Positions 54,301 through 64,000 of a DNA stretch of 64,000 nt are shown one piece after another. The stretch is from Eledone cirrhosa. Lineage: Eukaryota. Below the pieces are notes generated by a model. It had not been told where the DNA came from. It did no database searches and saw only the letters and a program-made list of their open reading frames with translations. The first letter of the stretch is position 1, and the number at the start of each line of letters is the position of its first letter. The stretch is from assembly GCA_964016885.1 (NCBI GenBank), contig CAXHJY010001758.1, positions 1-64,000 on the forward strand, written 5' to 3'. A program made the translations under genes and the position numbers.

Positions 54301-57300
54301 AAAGGTAACTCCGCCGGCAAATCGTCATTTTTGGATTCGTTTTCTTCGAAGCACACCATTCGCCGGCGGACTTTGTTGACGTTTAACACGGTTTGGTTCC
54401 ACAGCCACAACTATTGAATTTACGGAGATATCTTGCTGAAATTCACGCCACACATAGCCAATGAGTGTCTGCACATGTACCAGTAATTACAGATCGATCC
54501 GACCACGGGCGGCCGGCCCGCGATTTTAAAGGTAACTCCGCCGGCAAATCGTCATTTTTGGATTCGTTTTCTTCGAAGCACACCATTCGCCGGCGGACTT
54601 TGTTGACGTTTAACACGGTTTGGTTCCACAGCCACAACTATTGATTCTACGGAGATATCTTGCTGAAATTCACGCCGCACATAGCCAATGAGTGTCTGCA
54701 CATGTACCAGTAATTACAGATCGATCCGACCACGGGCGGCCGGCCCGCGATTGAAAAGGTAACTCCGCCGGCAAATCGTCATTTTTGGATTCGTTTTCTT
54801 CGAAACACACCATTCGCCGGCGGACTTTGTTGACGTTTAACACGGTTTGGTTCCACAGCCACAACTATTGATGTTACGGAGATATCTTGCTGGAATTCAC
54901 GCCGCACATAGCCAATGAGTGTCTACACATGTACCAGTAATTACAGATCGATCCGACCACGGGCGGCCGGCCCGCGATTTTAAAGGTAACTCCGCCGGCA
55001 AATCGTCATTTTTGGATTCGTTTTCTTCGAAGCACACCATTCGCCGGCGGACTTTGTTGACGTTTAACACGGTTTGGTTCCACAGCCACAACTATTGATT
55101 TTACGGAGATATCTTGCTGAAATTCACGCCACACATAGCCAATGAGTGTCTGCACATGTACCAGTAATTACAGATCGATCCGACCACGGGCGGCCGGCCC
55201 GCGATTGAAAAGGTAACTCCGCCGGCAAATCGTCATTTTTGGATTCGTTTTCTTCGAAGCACACCATTCGCCGGCGGACTTTGTTGACGTTTAACACGGT
55301 TTGGTTCCACAGCCACAACTATTGATTTTACGGAGATATCTTGCTGAAATTCACGCCGCACATAGCCAATGAGTGTCTGCACATGTACCAGTAATTACAG
55401 ATCGATCCGACCACGGGCGGCCGGCCCGCGATTGAAAAGGTAACTCCGCCGGCAAATCGTCATTTTGGGATTCGTTTTCTTCGAAGCACACCATTCGCCG
55501 GCGGACTTTGTTGACGTTTAACACGGTTTGGTTCCACAGCCACAACTATTGAATTTACGGAGATATCTTGCTGAAATTCACGCCACACATAGCCAATGAG
55601 TGTCTGCACATGTACCAGTAATTACAGATCGATCCGACCACGGGCGGCCGGCCCGCGATTGAAAAGGTAACTCCGCCGGCAAATCGTCATTTTTGGATTC
55701 GTTTTCTTCGAAGCACACCATTCGCCGGCGGACTTTGTTGACGTTTAACACGGTTTGGTTCCACAGCCACAACTATTGATGTTACGGAGATATCTTGCTG
55801 GAATTCACGCCGCACATAGCCAATGAGTGTCTGCACATGTACCAGTAATTACAGATCGATCCGACCACGGGCGGCCGGCCCGCGATTTTAAAGGTAACTC
55901 CGCCGGCAAATCGTCATTTTTGGATTCGTTTTCTTCGAAGCACACCATTCGCCGGCGGACTTTGTTGACGTTTAACACGGTTTGGTTCCACAGCCACAAC
56001 TATTGATTCTACGGAGATATCTTGCTGAAATTCACGCCGCACATAGCCAATGAGTGTCTGCACATGTACCAGTAATTACAGATCGATCCGACCACGGGCG
56101 GCCGGCCCGCGATTGAAAAGGTAACTCCGCCGGCAAATCGTCATTTTTGGATTCGTTTTCTTCGAAGCACACCATTCGCCGGCGGACTTTGTTGACGTTT
56201 AACACGGTTTGGTTCCACAGCCACAACTATTGAATTTACGGAGATATCTTGCTGAAATTCACGCCACACATAGCCAATGAGTGTCTGCACATGTACCAGT
56301 AATTACAGATCGATCCGACCACGGGCGGCCGGCCCGCGATTGAAAAGGTAACTCCGCCGGCAAATCGTCATTTTTGGATTCGTTTTCTTCGAAGCACACC
56401 ATTCGCCGGCGGACTTTGTTGACGTTTAACACGGTTTGGTTCCACAGCCACAACTATTGATGTTACGGAGATATCTTGCTGGAATTCACGCCGCACATAG
56501 CCAATGAGTGTCTGCACATGTACCAGTAATTACAGATCGATCCGACCACGGGCGGCCGGCCCGCGATTTTAAAGGTAACTCCGCCGGCAAATCGTCATTT
56601 TTGGATTCGTTTTCTTCGAAGCACACCATTCGCCGGCGGACTTTGTTGACGTTTAACACGGTTTGGTTCCACAGCCACAACTATTGATTTTACGGAGATA
56701 TCTTGCTGAAATTCACGCCACACATAGCCAATGAGTGTCTGCACATGTACCAGTAATTACAGATCGATCCGACCACGGGCGGCCGGCCCGCGATTGAAAA
56801 GGTAACTCCGCCGGCAAATCGTCATTTTTGGATTCGTTTTCTTCGAAGCACACCATTCGCCGGCGGACTTTGTTGACGTTTAACACGGTTTGGTTCCACA
56901 GCCACAACTATTGATTTTACGGAGATATCTTGCTGAAATTCACGCCGCACATAGCCAATGAGTGTCTGCACATGTACCAGTAATTACAGATCGATCCGAC
57001 CACGGGCGGCCGGCCCGCGATTGAAAAGGTAACTCCGCCGGCAAATCGTCATTTTGGGATTCGTTTTCTTCGAAGCACACCATTCGCCGGCGGACTTTGT
57101 TGACGTTTAACACGGTTTGGTTCCACAGCCACAACTATTGAATTTACGGAGATATCTTGCTGAAATTCACGCCACACATAGCCAATGAGTGTCTGCACAT
57201 GTACCAGTAATTACAGATCGATCCGACCACGGGCGGCCGGCCCGCGATTGAAAAGGTAACTCCGCCGGCAAATCGTCATTTTTGGATTCGTTTTCTTCGA

Positions 57301-60300
57301 AGCACACCATTCGCCGGCGGACTTTGTTGACGTTTAACACGGTTTGGTTCCACAGCCACAACTATTGATGTTACGGAGATATCTTGCTGGAATTCACGCC
57401 GCACATAGCCAATGAGTGTCTGCACATGTACCAGTAATTACAGATCGATCCGACCACGGGCGGCCGGCCCGCGATTTTAAAGGTAACTCCGCCGGCAAAT
57501 CGTCATTTTTGGATTCGTTTTCTTCGAAGCACACCATTCGCCGGCGGACTTTGTTGACGTTTAACACGGTTTGGTTCCACAGCCACAACTATTGATTCTA
57601 CGGAGATATCTTGCTGAAATTCACGCCGCACATAGCCAATGAGTGTCTGCACATGTACCAGTAATTACAGATCGATCCGACCACGGGCGGCCGGCCCGCG
57701 ATTGAAAAGGTAACTCCGCCGGCAAATCGTCATTTTTGGATTCGTTTTCTTCGAAACACACCATTCGCCGGCGGACTTTGTTGACGTTTAACACGGTTTG
57801 GTTCCACAGCCACAACTATTGATGTTACGGAGATATCTTGCTGGAATTCACGCCGCACATAGCCAATGAGTGTCTACACATGTACCAGTAATTACAGATC
57901 GATCCGACCACGGGCGGCCGGCCCGCGATTTTAAAGGTAACTCCGCCGGCAAATCGTCATTTTTGGATTCGTTTTCTTCGAAGCACACCATTCGCCGGCG
58001 GACTTTGTTGACGTTTAACACGGTTTGGTTCCACAGCCACAACTATTGATTTTACGGAGATATCTTGCTGAAATTCACGCCGCACATAGCCAATGAGTGT
58101 CTGCACATGTACCAGTAATTACAGATCGATCCGACCACGGGCGGCCGGCCCGCGATTGAAAAGGTAACTCCGCCGGCAAATCGTCATTTTTGGATTCGTT
58201 TTCTTCGAAGCACACCATTCGCCGGCGGACTTTGTTGACGTTTAACACGGTTTGGTTCCACAGCCACAACTATTGAATTTACGGAGATATCTTGCTGAAA
58301 TTCACGCCACACATAGCCAATGAGTGTCTGCACATGTACCAGTAATTACAGATCGATCCGACCACGGGCGGCCGGCCCGCGATTGAAAAGGTAACTCCGC
58401 CGGCAAATCGTCATTTTTGGATTCGTTTTCTTCGAAGCACACCATTCGCCGGCGGACTTTGTTGACGTTTAACACGGTTTGGTTCCACAGCCACAACTAT
58501 TGATTTTACGGAGATATCTTGCTGAAATTCACGCCACACATAGCCAATGAGTGTCTGCACATGTACCAGTAATTACAGATCGATCCGACCACGGGCGGCC
58601 GGCCCGCGATTGAAAAGGTAACTCCGCCGGCAAATCGTCATTTTTGGATTCGTTTTCTTCGAAGCACACCATTCGCCGGCGGACTTTGTTGACGTTTAAC
58701 ACGGTTTGGTTCCACAGCCACAACTATTGATTTTACGGAGATATCTTGCTGAAATTCACGCCGCACATAGCCAATGAGTGTCTGCACATGTACCAGTAAT
58801 TACAGATCGATCCGACCACGGGCGGCCGGCCCGCGATTGAAAAGGTAACTCCGCCGGCAAATCGTCATTTTTGGATTCGTTTTCTTCGAAGCACACCATT
58901 CGCCGGCGGACTTTGTTGACGTTTAACACGGTTTGGTTCCACAGCCACAACTATTGAATTTACGGAGATATCTTGCTGAAATTCACGCCACACATAGCCA
59001 ATGAGTGTCTGCACATGTACCAGTAATTACAGATCGATCCGACCACGGGCGGCCGGCCCGCGATTGAAAAGCTAACTCCGCCGGCAAATCGTCATTTTTG
59101 GATTCGTTTTCTTCGAAGCACACCATTCGCCGGCGGACTTTGTTGACGTTTAACACGGTTTGGTTCCACAGCCACAACTATTGATGTTACGGAGATATCT
59201 TGCTGGAATTCACGCCGCACATAGCCAATGAGTGTCTGCACATGTACCAGTAATTACAGATCGATCCGACCACGGGCGGCCGGCCCGCGATTTTAAAGGT
59301 AACTCCGCCGGCAAATCGTCATTTTTGGATTCGTTTTCTTCGAAGCACACCATTCGCCGGCGGACTTTGTTGACGTTTAACACGGTTTGGTTCCACAGCC
59401 ACAACTATTGATTTTACGGAGATATCTTGCTGAAATTCACGCCGCACATAGCCAATGAGTGTCTGCACATGTACCAGTAATTACAGATCGATCCGACCAC
59501 GGGCGGCCGGCCCGCGATTGAAAAGGTAACTCCGCCGGCAAATCGTCATTTTTGGATTCGTTTTCTTCGAAGCACACCATTCGCCGGCGGACTTTGTTGA
59601 CGTTTAACACGGTTTGGTTCCACAGCCACAACTATTGAATTTACGGAGATATCTTGCTGAAATTCACGCCACACATAGCCAATGAGTGTCTGCACATGTA
59701 CCAGTAATTACAGATCGATCCGACCACGGGCGGCCGGCCCGCGATTGAAAAGGTAACTCCGCCGGCAAATCGTCATTTTTGGATTCGTTTTCTTCGAAGC
59801 ACACCATTCGCCGGCGGACTTTGTTGACGTTTAACACGGTTTGGTTCCACAGCCACAACTATTGATGTTACGGAGATATCTTGCTGGAATTCACGCCGCA
59901 CATAGCCAATGAGTGTCTGCACATGTACCAGTAATTACAGATCGATCCGACCACGGGCGGCCGGCCCGCGATTTTAAAGGTAACTCCGCCGGCAAATCGT
60001 CATTTTTGGATTCGTTTTCTTCGAAGCACACCATTCGCCGGCGGACTTTGTTGACGTTTAACACGGTTTGGTTCCACAGCCACAACTATTGATTCTACGG
60101 AGATATCTTGCTGAAATTCACGCCGCACATAGCCAATGAGTGTCTGCACATGTACCAGTAATTACAGATCGATCCGACCACGGGCGGCCGGCCCGCGATT
60201 GAAAAGGTAACTCCGCCGGCAAATCGTCATTTTTGGATTCGTTTTCTTCGAAACACACCATTCGCCGGCGGACTTTGTTGACGTTTAACACGGTTTGGTT

Positions 60301-63300
60301 CCACAGCCACAACTATTGATGTTACGGAGATATCTTGCTGGAATTCACGCCGCACATAGCCAATGAGTGTCTACACATGTACCAGTAATTACAGATCGAT
60401 CCGACCACGGGCGGCCGGCCCGCGATTTTAAAGGTAACTCCGCCGGCAAATCGTCATTTTTGGATTCGTTTTCTTCGAAGCACACCATTCGCCGGCGGAC
60501 TTTGTTGACGTTTAACACGGTTTGGTTCCACAGCCACAACTATTGATTTTACGGAGATATCTTGCTGAAATTCACGCCACACATAGCCAATGAGTGTCTG
60601 CACATGTACCAGTAATTACAGATCGATCCGACCACGGGCGGCCGGCCCGCGATTGAAAAGGTAACTCCGCCGGCAAATCGTCATTTTTGGATTCGTTTTC
60701 TTCGAAGCACACCATTCGCCGGCGGACTTTGTTGACGTTTAACACGGTTTGGTTCCACAGCCACAACTATTGATTTTACGGAGATATCTTGCTGAAATTC
60801 ACGCCGCACATAGCCAATGAGTGTCTGCACATGTACCAGTAATTACAGATCGATCCGACCACGGGCGGCCGGCCCGCGATTGAAAAGGTAACTCCGCCGG
60901 CAAATCGTCATTTTTGGATTCGTTTTCTTCGAAGCACACCATTCGCCGGCGGACTTTGTTGACGTTTAACACGGTTTGGTTCCACAGCCACAACTATTGA
61001 ATTTACGGAGATATCTTGCTGAAATTCACGCCACACATAGCCAATGAGTGTCTGCACATGTACCAGTAATTACAGATCGATCCGACCACGGGCGGCCGGC
61101 CCGCGATTGAAAAGGTAACTCCGCCGGCAAATCGTCATTTTTGGATTCGTTTTCTTCGAAGCACACCATTCGCCGGCGGACTTTGTTGACGTTTAACACG
61201 GTTTGGTTCCACAGCCACAACTATTGATGTTACGGAGATATCTTGCTGGAATTCACGCCGCACATAGCCAATGAGTGTCTGCACATGTACCAGTAATTAC
61301 AGATCGATCCGACCACGGGCGGCCGGCCCGCGATTTTAAAGGTAACTCCGCCGGCAAATCGTCATTTTTGGATTCGTTTTCTTCGAAGCACACCATTCGC
61401 CGGCGGACTTTGTTGACGTTTAACACGGTTTGGTTCCACAGCCACAACTATTGATTCTACGGAGATATCTTGCTGAAATTCACGCCGCACATAGCCAATG
61501 AGTGTCTGCACATGTACCAGTAATTACAGATCGATCCGACCACGGGCGGCCGGCCCGCGATTGAAAAGGTAACTCCGCCGGCAAATCGTCATTTTTGGAT
61601 TCGTTTTCTTCGAAGCACACCATTCGCCGGCGGACTTTGTTGACGTTTAACACGGTTTGGTTCCACAGCCACAACTATTGAATTTACGGAGATATCTTGC
61701 TGAAATTCACGCCACACATAGCCAATGAGTGTCTGCACATGTACCAGTAATTACAGATCGATCCGACCACGGGCGGCCGGCCCGCGATTGAAAAGGTAAC
61801 TCCGCCGGCAAATCGTCATTTTTGGATTCGTTTTCTTCGAAGCACACCATTCGCCGGCGGACTTTGTTGACGTTTAACACGGTTTGGTTCCACAGCCACA
61901 ACTATTGATGTTACGGAGATATCTTGCTGGAATTCACGCCGCACATAGCCAATGAATGTCTGCACATGTACCAGTAATTACAGATCGATCCGACCACGGG
62001 CGGCCGGCCCGCGATTTTAAAGGTAACTCCGCCGGCAAATCGTCATTTTTGGATTCGTTTTCTTCGAAGCACACCATTCGCCGGCGGACTTTGTTGACGT
62101 TTAACACGGTTTGGTTCCACAGCCACAACTATTGAATTTACGGAGATATCTTGCTGAAATTCACGCCACACATAGCCAATGAGTGTCTGCACATGTACCA
62201 GTAATTACAGATCGATCCGACCACGGGCGGCCGGCCCGCGATTGAAAAGGTAACTCCGCCGGCAAATCGTCATTTTTGGATTCGTTTTCTTCGAAACACA
62301 CCATTCGCCGGCGGACTTTGTTGACGTTTAACACGGTTTGGTTCCACAGCCACAACTATTGATGTTACGGAGATATCTTGCTGGAATTCACGCCGCACAT
62401 AGCCAATGAGTGTCTACACATGTACCAGTAATTACAGATCGATCCGACCACGGGCGGCCGGCCCGCGATTTTAAAGGTAACTCCGCCGGCAAATCGTCAT
62501 TTTTGGATTCGTTTTCTTCGAAGCACACCATTCGCCGGCGGACTTTGTTGACGTTTAACACGGTTTGGTTCCACAGCCACAACTATTGATTTTACGGAGA
62601 TATCTTGCTGAAATTCACGCCGCACATAGCCAATGAGTGTCTGCACATGTACCAGTAATTACAGATCGATCCGACCACGGGCGGCCGGCCCGCGATTGAA
62701 AAGGTAACTCCGCCGGCAAATCGTCATTTTTGGATTCGTTTTCTTCGAAGCACACCATTCGCCGGCGGACTTTGTTGACGTTTAACACGGTTTGGTTCCA
62801 CAGCCACAACTATTGAATTTACGGAGATATCTTGCTGAAATTCACGCCACACATAGCCAATGAGTGTCTGCATATGTACCAGTAATTACAGATCGATCCG
62901 ACCACGGGCGGCCGGCCCGCGATTGAAAAGGTAACTCCGCCGGCAAATCGTCATTTTTGGATTCGTTTTCTTCGAAGCACACCATTCGCCGGCGGACTTT
63001 GTTGACGTTTAACACGGTTTGGTTCCACAGCCACAACTATTGATTTTACGGAGATATCTTGCTGAAATTCACGCCACACATAGCCAATGAGTGTCTGCAC
63101 ATGTACCAGTAATTACAGATCGATCCGACCACGGGCGGCCGGCCCGCGATTGAAAAGGTAACTCCGCCGGCAAATCGTCATTTTTGGATTCGTTTTCTTC
63201 GAAACACACCATTCGCCGGCGGACTTTGTTGACGTTTAACACGGTTTGGTTCCACAGCCACAACTATTGATGTTACGGAGATATCTTGCTGGAATTCACG

Positions 63301-64000
63301 CCGCACATAGCCAATGAGTGTCTACACATGTACCAGTAATTACAGATCGATCCGACCACGGGCGGCCGGCCCGCGATTTTAAAGGTAACTCCGCCGGCAA
63401 ATCGTCATTTTTGGATTCGTTTTCTTCGAAGCACACCATTCGCCGGCGGACTTTGTTGACGTTTAACACGGTTTGGTTCCACAGCCACAACTATTGATTT
63501 TACGGAGATATCTTGCTGAAATTCACGCCACACATAGCCAATGAGTGTCTGCACATGTACCAGTAATTACAGATCGATCCGACCACGGGCGGCCGGCCCG
63601 CGATTGAAAAGGTAACTCCGCCGGCAAATCGTCATTTTTGGATTCGTTTTCTTCGAAGCACACCATTCGCCGGCGGACTTTGTTGACGTTTAACACGGTT
63701 TGGTTCCACAGCCACAACTATTGATTTTACGGAGATATCTTGCTGAAATTCACGCCGCACATAGCCAATGAGTGTCTGCACATGTACCAGTAATTACAGA
63801 TCGATCCGACCACGGGCGGCCGGCCCGCGATTGAAAAGGTAACTCCGCCGGCAAATCGTCATTTTTGGATTCGTTTTCTTCGAAGCACACCATTCGCCGG
63901 CGGACTTTGTTGACGTTTAACACGGTTTGGTTCCACAGCCACAACTATTGAATTTACGGAGATATCTTGCTGAAATTCACGCCACACATAGCCAATGAGT
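48314..64000. repeat. HOR layer D marked by the gattctacgg variant; local 9-, 4- and 7-mer duplications
   Basis: The gattctacgg C occurs at 48972, 50334, 52377, 53739, 54647, 56009, 57598, 60095 and 61457, and I saw it nowhere upstream. Zone-specific markers are gaatgtc (monomers 50811, 52854, 61934), gcatatg (53081, 53989, 62842) and ttttggg (55351, 56940). Confidence 0.8.

Larger units (their letters stand above)
1..64000. repeat. Tandem satellite DNA array, 227-bp monomer, about 282 units, head-to-tail, running off both window ends
   Basis: The sequence at 1 (cacggtttggttccacagcc) recurs at 228 and every 227 bp. ORF-track coordinates step by exactly 227, except three 196 steps (738-934-1130-1326) and one 226 step (40370-40596). 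Monomers differ only at a few recurrent SNPs. Confidence 0.99.

Noticed and set aside
57-63944. About 280 copies of a 64-aa minus-strand ORF (MWLWNQTVLN...) as a tandem gene array
   Set aside because: It starts at TTG and has no domain I recognise. Many recurrent variants are non-synonymous (FQ/LK, A/V, D/H, P/L), and only 32 bp separate copies. A short open frame in one monomer is automatically repeated. Ribo-seq or proteomics would be needed to revive it.
1-64000. CRISPR array or repeat-spacer system
   Set aside because: There are no unique spacers; the whole 227 bp repeats, and no cas or other genes are present.
1-64000. Assignment to a named satellite, organism or functional centromere
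   Set aside because: I do not recognise the monomer. Centromere function cannot be read from sequence and needs a database search and CENH3/CENP-A data.

Overview
The whole 64 kb window is one head-to-tail tandem satellite array of about 282 monomers, all in one orientation, with no genes, transposon insertions or inversions. The dominant monomer is 227 bp, about 48-49% GC by hand count and CpG-rich, and copies differ at only a handful of sites. This fits a recently homogenised eukaryotic (peri)centromere-type satellite; I cannot name the family or organism. The ~280 ORFs in the track are by-products of the repeat. The main anomaly is at 896-1319, where three 196-bp units of a sister subfamily are embedded. 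They share a 164-bp core with the 227-bp monomer but carry an apparently unrelated 32-bp module in place of a 63-bp one. Diagnostic SNPs reveal regional higher-order repeat (HOR) layers and long-range block duplications. The monomer also has many dyad symmetries and some promoter-like motifs whose function is untested.
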